From positions 768,001-832,000 of the forward strand of contig OZ242029.1 of the NCBI GenBank assembly GCA_965205015.1: 64,000 nucleotides of DNA, in the 5' to 3' direction. This document shows positions 1-9,632 of the stretch, piece after piece. This stretch comes from Candidatus Poribacteria bacterium (GTDB lineage Bacteria > Poribacteria > WGA-4E > WGA-3G). A model generated the notes under the pieces. That model did no database searches, was not told the origin of the DNA, and was given only the letters and a program-made list of their open reading frames with translations. Numbering within the stretch: position 1 is the first letter of the stretch; every line of letters begins with the position of its first letter. A program made the position numbers and the translations under genes.

Positions 1-101
1 GGGGCTTACCTTGGGGTTGACAGCATTTCTATACACATTTCGCCTCGCTGGGGCTAAAACATAGGGTTTCTGACCTATAAATATATCACCTTGTATCCGT
101 T

Positions 102-3100
102 TTATCCGTCTTTCTTAAGTTTTTCCCATTCCTTTTCAAGATTGCACCGGGATTTCTTGCCGCCATGGATACTCGGTTCGGCACACAACAATTCTCGGAG
201 GCGATGCATGGCGTTGTGTGCATCTTCAGTTGTGATGCCCAACACCTCGCTTAGCAAAAGATGATCAAGTTCGTGACGCACTGGATCGTGATTTATCTCA
301 TTGAAGGGCAACATTCGTTGATGCTTCAAATCGTGAAAGATGCGTTCAGCGTTCGCCAATGCTCCATCTGACAGACAGCGTACATCCAGTGTGGGCATTT
401 GCAGTAAGGCAGTTCTCGAACTTACACCTCTTCCGGGATACTGTTTGCAGCTATACGCCCATTGGATCAAAAAACCTAATGTTGAATTGCCCCAGAGCGT
501 CCAGATATAATCGTAAATCCGCTTTTTTAACACAACATTGGGCAACGAATTTATCCCAAGAGCCGGCTTTTCCGTGAAGAGGACGCCAAGAGAGTTGGCA
601 TTGAAGCCTATCATAACGTTAAAGTGAATACGTCCGTTACGAGTGAGGATAGCTTGTGCTTTATCATGCCGGTTGGGACGTTTGATGAGATGACAATCTG
701 GTTCAACTATCATTGCCCTTTGTGTCGGGGCATTTACATGCCACAATCCCGGATGTAAGTCGGTATTAGTGTAACTTTTTTCCACATCAAACGCGCCTCG
801 TTCTCCTGCCTCATGGATATCCCGATGATGTGCGCTCACCTTTGCAATATCCCCTACGCTGCACATTCGAATTTCTAACGGGTTTACTTGTGTTGGCAGC
901 CACATCTCACCTTTTGCTAAACGATATGCGGATTGAATTAACGCCATTTCCTTTATACGAACCGCATCCCATGCCCTATCTATCTGTAATGGACAGTTGA
1001 GAACATGTCCAACGGAACTGTCTCCAACTTTAAGTAAATCACCTCCACTTGGCTCATCTTCTAATCGTCGCAAGTTGTCAAGTCTATGTGTGGTATTAGC
1101 TATTTCAAATGACTCTATTACGCTCTGAGGTCGGTGATTCAGGGATATAAATATTCCTCGTCCAGTGTTATTAACCTTCTGCCCCTTAGTTGCTACCACC
1201 ATACACTCTGCTATAGTTGTATCTGCTGAGAACGCGCAGTTTTCACCTTTGGCATCCGCTATAGTAATCACGACTACGTCGTGGTATTCAGTTGCCCACA
1301 TGTTCCGTACCTTTTTCCAATGTGGAGAAACAAGACAGGCAATAGGTAAGATAAAACCCATTTTACTATGCCCATTGTTCTTCAGCATCTTGTCTGCGAG
1401 GTCAACAAAGTCAGAAGCAAGTCCAGCGTTCCCATCCCCAATCCGCCAGTCTTTTTGCACTCGTGCCTTCCGCATTTTCTGTTCTTCTTCTTTCTCCCTG
1501 CCGCTTCCTTTGAATACGGCTTTAGGTGTACCACTGCTTGCATCGGAATCTGGTCTCGTAAACGGTGGATTTAGGACAACAATATCAAATTCATTATGGC
1601 GGAATTCATGTTGTGTAATTACCTCTGCATCCCCTTCTCCGCCGACTTGTTGGATTTCGATACCCATCATTGGAAGAGGAGGCGTTTCTTCAGGGGCATC
1701 AACAAGATCCAGTGCGCCGAGGGCGTAACTCCCATCTCTCTGTTTGCCATAGGGCATCGTGTGGATTCGGGTGTTACCGATTTTCAAGTCAGGGTAAATG
1801 CTCGTCAGAAGGGAGGCGGTGAGGTGACTGGCGTTCGGCATAACATCGCAGCCAACGAGATTCTTCTCCACCATCTGGGTGTGAATGCGGCTACCTTTGC
1901 CACCAGCTTGCTCGTGCAGTTCGAGGATACGCTGGTAAACACCGTTGAGAAGCGAACCCGTCCCGCATGCAAAATCCGCCACCTTCAATTCGCTCACATT
2001 CTCTTGCGTTTTGGGAAGGACTAAGGCAGACAACAACGCAACAGATTCAAGGCGTGTGTAGTTCGCTTTAACATACTTTCTATCAACGATAAGGCGTTGG
2101 AAAACGGTTCCGGCGAGTTCATGAACCTGTGTGAGTCGCTGGTCAACCAACTCCTTCGCGGTATCACAGAGGGTTGCCAGTACCCTATCAACGAGCTCAT
2201 CATCAGTTGCAATTGCCGCTATGAGCCGTTTGGCAACATGGAAAATTGGACGGTAATTTACCTTAAGAATGATGTCCCACCCCGCGATGACCTGTTCGTA
2301 GCGCAGCCGTTTCGCATTGTCAGATAGCATCCGTTTGAGGGACATAACCTTTTTCATTTCAGGTTTACCCGCGAGAACACTTTGGAATACAAATGCGTTG
2401 GTGATGATAAGCATCGCCATTCGTGAGGTTTGTTCACCAGTTTTCTGAAAAAGGATCGTCTCAATTTCTGTTCCGATGCCGGGACGTTCTTTAATCGCGG
2501 TTTCAAGCTGCTGCGCGGCGATTTCTATCCGTTTTTCCAACAAATCGGCGGCGGCATCTATTTTAGAAATGGGAGTTGCTCTGACGCGGATAGCCGTTGC
2601 AATGTCGGCGACACTACCTTTCAACCAACCGCTTTGCGGGAAAGATTCGGGTTCTACTTCGTTATCAGGTTCTGGTTCGGCGATGAATAGAACCTGATCG
2701 GCTTCCGGTTCGCGCTCTGGTTCCGATTTATTGAGAAGTATGTAGGCGATGTCCTCTGCCCTCTGCATCTCCGACTCAATTTTATCTTGGGGCATCGTTC
2801 TAAATCGGGCAGGCATGCGGACGCGCAGAACGTTCTCAATGGTATTGTAGGTGAGTTCCGCAAAGATACTCGGATCGAGAAGCATTCCGAAATGTGCTTC
2901 TGCCTGTATTTCACCTGAAAGATTTGGCGTGTCTCCATCAATTTTCACCTCAATGACGATAGGATTTCGCCCCGATTCGGTGACAATTGCGTCAGGCTTT
3001 TTTGCAGCATTGAGAAATGGTCTTGTAATTTGCTCGTTGATACTCCACGCATCCCGCATGTGACGGAGTATATTTACAAACACCGTTGTAATGGTATTTT

Positions 3101-3113
3101 CACTGTTTGCCAT
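102..3113 (-). CDS. Type IIG-like restriction-modification enzyme (PD-(D/E)xK nuclease + N6-adenine methyltransferase + probable target recognition region)
   Basis: 1003 aa; N-terminal KPD...IEVK nuclease-like motif; MTase motif I DFACGTGSLL and motif IV NPPF in gamma-class order. Confidence 0.8.
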   Translation of the reverse strand: MANSENTITTVFVNILRHMRDAWSINEQITRPFLNAAKKPDAIVTESGRNPIVIEVKIDGDTPNLSGEIQAEAHFGMLLDPSIFAELTYNTIENVLRVRMPARFRTMPQDKIESEMQRAEDIAYILLNKSEPEREPEADQVLFIAEPEPDNEVEPESFPQSGWLKGSVADIATAIRVRATPISKIDAAADLLEKRIEIAAQQLETAIKERPGIGTEIETILFQKTGEQTSRMAMLIITNAFVFQSVLAGKPEMKKVMSLKRMLSDNAKRLRYEQVIAGWDIILKVNYRPIFHVAKRLIAAIATDDELVDRVLATLCDTAKELVDQRLTQVHELAGTVFQRLIVDRKYVKANYTRLESVALLSALVLPKTQENVSELKVADFACGTGSLLNGVYQRILELHEQAGGKGSRIHTQMVEKNLVGCDVMPNASHLTASLLTSIYPDLKIGNTRIHTMPYGKQRDGSYALGALDLVDAPEETPPLPMMGIEIQQVGGEGDAEVITQHEFRHNEFDIVVLNPPFTRPDSDASSGTPKAVFKGSGREKEEEQKMRKARVQKDWRIGDGNAGLASDFVDLADKMLKNNGHSKMGFILPIACLVSPHWKKVRNMWATEYHDVVVITIADAKGENCAFSADTTIAECMVVATKGQKVNNTGRGIFISLNHRPQSVIESFEIANTTHRLDNLRRLEDEPSGGDLLKVGDSSVGHVLNCPLQIDRAWDAVRIKEMALIQSAYRLAKGEMWLPTQVNPLEIRMCSVGDIAKVSAHHRDIHEAGERGAFDVEKSYTNTDLHPGLWHVNAPTQRAMIVEPDCHLIKRPNRHDKAQAILTRNGRIHFNVMIGFNANSLGVLFTEKPALGINSLPNVVLKKRIYDYIWTLWGNSTLGFLIQWAYSCKQYPGRGVSSRTALLQMPTLDVRCLSDGALANAERIFHDLKHQRMLPFNEINHDPVRHELDHLLLSEVLGITTEDAHNAMHRLRELLCAEPSIHGGKKSRCNLEKEWEKLKKDG

Positions 3114-3513
3114 AAGTTAGAGTTGTCAGTCACTGAACTGGTTTTCAGAAAAATCCATGCTTCTTACGCAGAACTGAAGCCTGATAAGTCCTTGTAGGAG
3201 GGTTTGATAAACCAGACCTTTCTATTCGCGATTAATAACCCTTCGCACAAAAGGGACACACTTCAAACAATAACGATAATACACAAGCACAACCTAATAA
3301 CGTGAGATCGGCTAAACTTTAATCTATAACCCAATCGGTGCTGTAAACACTTCTACCCGCCTTTATCCCCCGCAAGCGCGGATAGGAAATGCGCACGCAT
3401 ATATGCACAATGTAAAAGATCATACTACAAAGGTGGCAACTTAAGGTTATAAATAGAACTACTAGGAACCTATCCTAAAATTCAAACAAGTCGAAGTACG
3501 AGTGCTTGTCCTT

Positions 3514-3945
3514 TTAAAGTTGCATTGTTTTGTACACTGCTTCAAGAACAGCATTCCACTTTGAATACTCGAAAACAGGTTGTATGGCAAAATTCTTGTA
3601 ATCCTCAGTTGTCGGTTTTCTTTTCAATTTCTCAGTCAGCATTTCCAATAGATACGCGCCGGGATTTCCGGTCGACTTAATTACGACAGCTGTCAGACGT
3701 GGTATCCTTTCTCCCCAATCTTTTTCTATCTGATAAATCGTCTTTGATATACTACCGCATACTGCTCCCATCTTGCGTGGACTACCATATTTTATTGCGT
3801 CAGCCAAATCACCAAAATTTATAGTTCGCTTCTCAATTGCTGCCTTCACAACGATTGGCAAAGCCTTACGGGCATACGGTTGATACCAGTGTGCTTCACC
3901 ATACATATTCTCATATTTCGCTTCTTTGTTATTTAACATGCTCAT
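3514..3945 (-). CDS. Hypothetical protein in an AT-rich segment, possibly a winged-helix-like or defence-associated domain
   Basis: 143 aa ORF with AGGA SD upstream; no family recognised with confidence. Confidence 0.6.
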   Translation of the reverse strand: MSMLNNKEAKYENMYGEAHWYQPYARKALPIVVKAAIEKRTINFGDLADAIKYGSPRKMGAVCGSISKTIYQIEKDWGERIPRLTAVVIKSTGNPGAYLLEMLTEKLKRKPTTEDYKNFAIQPVFEYSKWNAVLEAVYKTMQL

Positions 3946-4005
3946 GTATTATCCTACTTTCTAAATTGGTTCGATTAATAATACAATCCTTAGGTTGCTT
4001 TGTAT

Positions 4006-4111
4006 AGCATTAAGGAAGGGTTGTGTTTTGTTCGTTGACACCTCACGACTCTCGCATGTGACGGAGTATACTTACAAACACCGTTGTAATGGTATTTTCA
4101 CTGTTTGCCAT
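4006..4111 (-). pseudogene. Decayed duplicate of the 5' end of the R-M gene at 102..3113
   Basis: Reads MANSENTITTVFVSILRHMRES*GVNEQ versus MANSENTITTVFVNILRHMRDAWSINEQ; about 60 bp near-identical to 3055-3113; TGG to TGA change then a frameshift; TAGGAG SD retained. Confidence 0.85.
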
Positions 4112-4280
4112 AATCTCCTACGTTCGCTTTATTATTGAATTTCCAAGATTAGGCGCGGTAAATGAACGCTTCGTAACCCAAACCGACTAAAATCCGCGTC
4201 ATCCGATAAATCCGTGAAAATCCGCGATTCAGACAATAAACGCACACGCACAACCTAACAGGTTATGCTACAACAAGAAT

Positions 4281-5123
4281 CTACTCAAATAATCCGGCGT
4301 CGGGTTCGCCGCGATAGAGGACAACGCGATACCGCAGATTCAAGGTTTCATCGGATGCAAGATGGAGCGGCTCATAGTAAACGAGTGAGGGGTGGATTAA
4401 ACAGTAATTTTCTCGGTTGCGCACCCACCACGTCGTCGGATACCGAGGATTATCGGGGTGATCGACAATGGCAACCCCGTAGGTTTTGTCGTCAGTGGGA
4501 TGTTGCGAAGTGAAACTGCACCACCGGCTCTGCTTGCCAAAGATGTCCATCGGTTCAGTGCGTCCATCGGCATCCAACAGGTGCCCCGGTGTGATGATAT
4601 TGTCAAATCGGATCGCCATGCCGCTGTAGAATCTGCCGTCTGCCCCGGGTTCACCGCGCCGCAGATCCAAGACGACATCGCGCTTGTTCGGCTGCAACGT
4701 CAATGACACGGAAATCTGCATCGCATCCGCTGTCGGTCGATGAACGACTATCTCCCGTTGCTCGGTTAGATGCGTCGTGCCTTGCCAATCTATCCATGCG
4801 TTCTCTGTCGTTAAATTTGCGCTGTCGGCATCCGCACTTTGCGCGACAACCCGCTGATGGACGATTTTGCCGAAACCTGTTGGGTCGCTACCGGGTGCCG
4901 GTTGTTCCCAGAAATTGACGTCGTTGACCTTCTTCCATGCGACCCATAGACCTTGATGGTGGACGTGGTCCCCAGGTTCGTTCATCGTGAGTGGCGGGGC
5001 ACCGGGCAAATTTAACGGGTGGCAAAAGGGACGGTTGCCGTCTTCTGGAAAATGGTAACCTAAGACCTGTTGTCCGCCCCAAGTGATCGTTAAATTGTCT
5101 TGTGTTTGTGAGAGTGAAAACAT
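4281..5123 (-). CDS. DUF6807 / PmoA-like (PF14100-type) protein; not a true methane monooxygenase subunit
   Basis: RPFCHPL...PGDHVHHQGLW...NFW and DHPDNPRYPTTWWVR motifs; start moved to MFSLSQ at 5123 to avoid overlap with the upstream gene. Confidence 0.7.
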   Translation of the reverse strand: MFSLSQTQDNLTITWGGQQVLGYHFPEDGNRPFCHPLNLPGAPPLTMNEPGDHVHHQGLWVAWKKVNDVNFWEQPAPGSDPTGFGKIVHQRVVAQSADADSANLTTENAWIDWQGTTHLTEQREIVVHRPTADAMQISVSLTLQPNKRDVVLDLRRGEPGADGRFYSGMAIRFDNIITPGHLLDADGRTEPMDIFGKQSRWCSFTSQHPTDDKTYGVAIVDHPDNPRYPTTWWVRNRENYCLIHPSLVYYEPLHLASDETLNLRYRVVLYRGEPDAGLFE

Positions 5124-5127
5124 ATTT

Positions 5128-5913
5128 TTATCCGTAATCTTGCTCTGCCTGATAACCCTGTTGTGCGAGCGCAGTAGATACAGATGTCCAGACAGTGCGT
5201 GCTTGTTCAACAGCCTTGGAGGCCTCTGCTTTGGTGGCTTCTCGCATCTTCTCTGGGTAGCGGGCTTCAACTGCCCATGTGTTTAGGTCATCCAAGTTTG
5301 GCAGTGCGGTTTTGAGTTGCCAGCTATCAGGCAACAGATCTCGTAGAATATTTAAGTCATGTGTTCTCCGAAAATCGATCTGTAAGAAAATTAATGCTGC
5401 TTTTAAAGCCTTTTCAGCAGCTTGTTGCGCGTGCCAACAGATTTGGCGAGGTGGAACATTTGGATGCCCTAAAAAGGTTTCAGCTGTTGTTAAGTCTTCC
5501 TCTGCATAGCGGAGCCAGCGGGCGGTATCTTCGAGCCTATCAGCTGTTTGCATAGCGGACTGTACCCCCTTGTCGGGCATACGGAAACGTGCGGTTGCGT
5601 CCCAATTCTTCCAAAGGACTTTACCCTCTTGTTGGGCATACCGCAGCACTGATCCGATTCGTGTGCGACTGCGTTCCAGCTCTTCCGGTGTTGATACAAT
5701 GATGTCCTTTGCCACAGGCACATCAGATAGTGCGCGCCCAATGTCAATCGCAGTTCTCCGTTTATCCGTGAGTTCCTCGAAAACCACAAGCAGATCTATA
5801 TCGCTATGCCGATCTGCCTCTCCACGCGCCTGTGAACCGAAGAGGATAATCTGTAGCGGGTCAAACTCACGCACAATGCGGTCTGTCATGATTGAGATGA
5901 ATTCGTTATTCAT
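5128..5913 (-). CDS. Minimal nucleotidyltransferase (MNT)-HEPN fusion protein
   Basis: LFGSQARG...SDIDLLVV (MNT) followed in frame by HAQQAAEKALKA...RTHDL...ARYP (HEPN); start taken at MNNEF. Confidence 0.85.
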   Translation of the reverse strand: MNNEFISIMTDRIVREFDPLQIILFGSQARGEADRHSDIDLLVVFEELTDKRRTAIDIGRALSDVPVAKDIIVSTPEELERSRTRIGSVLRYAQQEGKVLWKNWDATARFRMPDKGVQSAMQTADRLEDTARWLRYAEEDLTTAETFLGHPNVPPRQICWHAQQAAEKALKAALIFLQIDFRRTHDLNILRDLLPDSWQLKTALPNLDDLNTWAVEARYPEKMREATKAEASKAVEQARTVWTSVSTALAQQGYQAEQDYG

Positions 5914-6019
5914 TTTATCTGTACTCTCCAATTTCCTACCTCGGTGCTTTTCCACGAACAAGTGATTCGCTGAGGTTATAGGAGTGTAACACCATCAAGC
6001 ACACACAAAAACGCCGCCT

Positions 6020-6844
6020 CTAATTGAGATAAGGGTTCACGACTTCGCGTTCAATCGCCAAGCCTTCCCATTCGTCATCCCCGGGTCCGTCGTAGATGAG
6101 GGTATGGGGTCCAGCGAAACCGGCTTTTTGGGCAAGATCAAGGCATTGCACGTAATCTTCCTTGTCCATTTCACGCGGTGCCGCGAAATGTGCTTTGGTA
6201 TGACACGATTCTGCCCACGAGGCAATCGCGGCGAGATCTTCATATTTTGTATCGCCACGCCAGTTCCCGAAGTCGAGACAGAGTCCCACCTTACCGTCTA
6301 AGCCACTTAAAATGGTGTTGACGTTTTCAGGTGTAGAGAAGATAGAAAACCAGTTCTCACTCATCAAACGGATACCTGCGGTGTCAGCCCGTTCGGTGAG
6401 TTGCGAGAGGACATCGCGACTCTGCGCTACGGTTTCCGCGGACGGATCGGCTTTACCGCCAATGACGCGCGCACACGTCGCGCCGAGTTCACCAGCGATG
6501 TCGATCCACTTTTCAATCCATGCGATGTCGCGTGCTGCATCAGAGGGATGGGTAATGTCGCCATCGTCAATCAGTAAAGAGAAAAGTTCAACGTCTGCAG
6601 CTGCGAGTGCAGCACGAAGTTCAGCGAGATACGTTTTCTCGACAGAGGGCAGATGGAAATGACAAATTTCTAAGGTGTTAATGCCGAATTCGGCGACGCG
6701 TGCGGGTAATTCCACAAGCGGAATAGGTCCCTTGTTATGGGTTTCGACTGGAATTTGCATGTCATGTGCGGGTCCGGTGAATCCCGGTTTCCCGAGTTGT
6801 CGATGCAGACTCCATGTTGAGACTGAAAGACGCGGTGCTGCCAT
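6020..6844 (-). CDS. Sugar phosphate isomerase/epimerase (xylose isomerase-like TIM barrel)
   Basis: SEN, CLDFGN and CHTK metal-binding pattern; GGAGG SD. Confidence 0.8.
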   Translation of the reverse strand: MAAPRLSVSTWSLHRQLGKPGFTGPAHDMQIPVETHNKGPIPLVELPARVAEFGINTLEICHFHLPSVEKTYLAELRAALAAADVELFSLLIDDGDITHPSDAARDIAWIEKWIDIAGELGATCARVIGGKADPSAETVAQSRDVLSQLTERADTAGIRLMSENWFSIFSTPENVNTILSGLDGKVGLCLDFGNWRGDTKYEDLAAIASWAESCHTKAHFAAPREMDKEDYVQCLDLAQKAGFAGPHTLIYDGPGDDEWEGLAIEREVVNPYLN

Positions 6845-6886
6845 AATTTTTGTTCCTCCAAAGTTTGCGGTAAAGTCTTGAAATTT

Positions 6887-8032
6887 TCAACTTCTTTTCA
6901 AAATAACAATTCGATTGCTGTTTGTGCCTCTCTTGTTATTGGAGACCCCCCAGCAATTCGCCGTTTTCGTGAACTGCTGGGCGTTAATCATGAGCATTTC
7001 AGGCACAAGTCCGACATCAAGTGCTGCCTTGACGACGGCATTTTCTAAAAAGACTGTTCCATTCCGAACCTCTCCAACTTCAAACGCTATCCGCCCTCCA
7101 TGTTTTAAAACCCTATGGAGTTCTGCCAAAACATCTGTCATCCGAGCGGCCCAATCCTCCAGCGATTTCAGTTGCCAAATTTTGCCCTGTTCGATCTCTA
7201 TACCGCAAAACCACATCCGTAACCAGTTGTCTTGCATATAGTCAATCGTATCAAGGAAGGGCGGTGAAGTGACAACCAAGTCAACCGATTCGTCTGCAAT
7301 TTGGGGGGTACTATCAGCGGACTCGGTCAGCAGTATAGCGTCATCCCTCTGAAAACAGTCTGGCAGGCTATGCCGTAATAATTGCTTAGATTTTCGAAGT
7401 ATGAGTTCCTTGGTGTTCCGATATTCGGGGATCTGATTCCGTTTCTCATTGATTTTCTGTTGTGCCACAATTGAGGTCGCTAAATTCGGCGGAAGGGTGA
7501 AAACCGAAAAAAAACCGGTAGAATGCCCCGTCAAACGGCTACACGCCACCATTTGCAACCACGCATCCACAGGGTCAGAGCGTTCCTGTTGGAAGTATGT
7601 CCGCCAGCCGTAAATCTCTCGGAGCGTATCCTCATGAAAAAATACGAGTAGTGCTGTGTCGACCTCCGCATCAGTAGAGAGATGAATTTTCTGTAATCGC
7701 GTTTCGATCTGCTCTAATGTGGGTGGGTTCAAACGCGGTGCGGTGAGAATTTTCGCCAACGGATTGATATCATTGCCGATGACCCGATGTCCGTGCAGCT
7801 GCGCTTCTATCAGCGTTGTCCCGCGTCCCATAAACGGATCGTAGACGACAGCCTCTGTTTTGCAGAACTTCTTGATGAAATACTCGGGTAACTGCGGTTT
7901 GTAACACGCCCGATACGATACTTCGTGCAGGGAATGTCCAGTGCGCTGTTTCGATGTCCAAAATTCGTCTACACGGGTAGGGAGGTAAACCGTATAATCG
8001 TTGGGTCTATTGAAATCAACAGCCAATTGCAT
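6887..8032 (-). CDS. Orphan amino-DNA methyltransferase (N4-C/N6-A type)
   Basis: Motif I YDPFMGRGTT precedes motif IV DLVVTSPPF (alpha order); no adjacent endonuclease gene. Confidence 0.85.
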   Translation of the reverse strand: MQLAVDFNRPNDYTVYLPTRVDEFWTSKQRTGHSLHEVSYRACYKPQLPEYFIKKFCKTEAVVYDPFMGRGTTLIEAQLHGHRVIGNDINPLAKILTAPRLNPPTLEQIETRLQKIHLSTDAEVDTALLVFFHEDTLREIYGWRTYFQQERSDPVDAWLQMVACSRLTGHSTGFFSVFTLPPNLATSIVAQQKINEKRNQIPEYRNTKELILRKSKQLLRHSLPDCFQRDDAILLTESADSTPQIADESVDLVVTSPPFLDTIDYMQDNWLRMWFCGIEIEQGKIWQLKSLEDWAARMTDVLAELHRVLKHGGRIAFEVGEVRNGTVFLENAVVKAALDVGLVPEMLMINAQQFTKTANCWGVSNNKRGTNSNRIVILKRS

Positions 8033-8113
8033 TGCCCTGAAGATACTCCCTACTTGGTATTTCTCAACGCCAGTCCTTACTCCTTATCGCGGTGGGAGGA
8101 TCAAAAAAGTCAA

Positions 8114-8830
8114 TTACAGATTTTGATTAATCCATGCGACGACTTTTTCGACCATCACAGGCGTGCCATCCCCAGAAAAGACGTGATCCACGCCCGGCAG
8201 TTCGAGAAGCTCTGTATCTTCGTTCGCGTACTGTAGGATATCATGGCTATCTTCAGGTGGAACGATATCGTCCTCAGTGCCGTGAACCAAAAGCCACGGA
8301 ACCGCAAATTGACTCGCGCGTCTTGCGACACTGTCTATTGTCGTCACGTCATCTACATAAGCCTGTGAGAGCGGGCAATCGGGTTCACCCCACATAAAGC
8401 CCGCATCGGGTGTAGCATCTCCGAATTCACGTTCTGCAAACGCTTTCGTGTGCACCATCCCCGCGAGCGAGACGAGTGCTTGGATACGTTCATCGACAGC
8501 AGCACGCAGGACACCCACCGCACCCCCCATACTATGCCCGACATAGCAGACGTTATATCCATCCAGCGCGTCAATGACACTGCCGAGGTCTGCCACCTCT
8601 TTTGTGATAGTCGAATCTGTAAACGCCCCCTCTGATTCACCGTTGCCGGAGAAGGAGAAGCGCAACGCAGAGATACCAGCCCCAGCGAGTCCTTCTGCCA
8701 AAGCGACGAGGGCAGGTCTGTCCTTGTTGCCTGTAACGCCGTGTCCGATCACCACAATTCTGTCGCCTTCGCCTTCATGAAAAGAGTAATCGAGGCGTTC
8801 ACCGTGTCCGTTTCTAATTTCACCAAACAT
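8114..8830 (-). CDS. Alpha/beta hydrolase
   Basis: GHSMGG nucleophile elbow; HGTEDDIV; DHVF catalytic His. Confidence 0.9.
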   Translation of the reverse strand: MFGEIRNGHGERLDYSFHEGEGDRIVVIGHGVTGNKDRPALVALAEGLAGAGISALRFSFSGNGESEGAFTDSTITKEVADLGSVIDALDGYNVCYVGHSMGGAVGVLRAAVDERIQALVSLAGMVHTKAFAEREFGDATPDAGFMWGEPDCPLSQAYVDDVTTIDSVARRASQFAVPWLLVHGTEDDIVPPEDSHDILQYANEDTELLELPGVDHVFSGDGTPVMVEKVVAWINQNL

Positions 8831-8953
8831 ATTTTAATTTCCGGCTCCTGGGCTGCCTTCCTTGCGCAGATCTTCTATAGAGGAAACCTGCGGGACAATG
8901 CTTCAGGCAGGTTTTTGGTTAAGTAGGGACAGGTTGCCAGTGAGGTATTTGTA

Positions 8954-9283
8954 CTAATCTGCTGAAACAACCTTCTCTAAGACCTCTTGAAGGTAGACAT
9001 CTATTTCTAATTGACGACGCGCTGCATTCACTGCAATCCGACTGTACAACTCAGGGGTTGTTTCGATTGTGAGTGTACCTGAGAAAGGTTTATCCGGTAT
9101 TTTTCCTTGTTCTTCGCAGACTTCAAAGTACACCTCAAGTGACTTCTGCATCTCTGCCCGAAGTTCGGTTACGGATGCCCCGTAGAATGTAATTACATCT
9201 TGCGTATTGATCACAGTTCCATGAAAGAGGTCTATTTCCGGATCAAAATCAACAACTCCGATATAACCTTTGTACTCCATCAT
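8954..9283 (-). CDS. hicB: HicB family antitoxin
   Basis: MEYKGYIG...FHGTV...DVITFYG...PDKPFSG pattern; ATGA overlap with hicA. Confidence 0.9.
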   Translation of the reverse strand: MMEYKGYIGVVDFDPEIDLFHGTVINTQDVITFYGASVTELRAEMQKSLEVYFEVCEEQGKIPDKPFSGTLTIETTPELYSRIAVNAARRQLEIDVYLQEVLEKVVSAD

Positions 9284-9537
9284 AGCGTAATCCCCGCCCT
9301 TTGGAGAAACTTTCGTAGATCTCTGATTGCCCCTTTATCCATGTTTGGACTTGGGTGTGGCCGATGAAATACGATAACGTGATTATTAAGCGATACGGAG
9401 ACCCTTGAACCCGCACGTTCTGTCAGGACAGCACCTAAGGTTTTTAACAACGACTCTACATCTCTCCATTTGATGTTGCCTGAGATTGGTTGTGCAAAAA
9501 TCGCTTCTAATGTTCTTCTGCGTCGCTTGTTCATCAA
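9280..9537 (-). CDS. hicA: HicA family toxin
   Basis: TLEAIFAQP...IKWRDVESLL...GSRV...FHRPHP pattern. Confidence 0.9.
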   Translation of the reverse strand: MMNKRRRRTLEAIFAQPISGNIKWRDVESLLKTLGAVLTERAGSRVSVSLNNHVIVFHRPHPSPNMDKGAIRDLRKFLQRAGITL

Positions 9538-9632
9538 TGTTATGTATCATGGCATTATTTCAAATACATTAGCAGCAGCGCGAGAAGCTACGCTACTGCT
9601 AATGTTCGTCACCTTACAAAACGGATATCGGA

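Noticed and set aside
4180-4236. Possible CRISPR or iteron array (AATCCG units at 9-10 nt period)
   Set aside because: Units are too short, there are no spacers and no cas or rep gene; more likely a short intergenic repeat. No CRISPR array, tRNA or rRNA was recognised anywhere in the window.
4281-5123. Particulate methane monooxygenase subunit A
   Set aside because: Soluble protein of the misleadingly named PF14100-like family; no TM helices and no pmoBC.
6887-8032. Cognate methyltransferase of the R-M enzyme at 102..3113
   Set aside because: That enzyme has its own MTase motifs, and this gene sits among unrelated metabolic genes; treated as an orphan.
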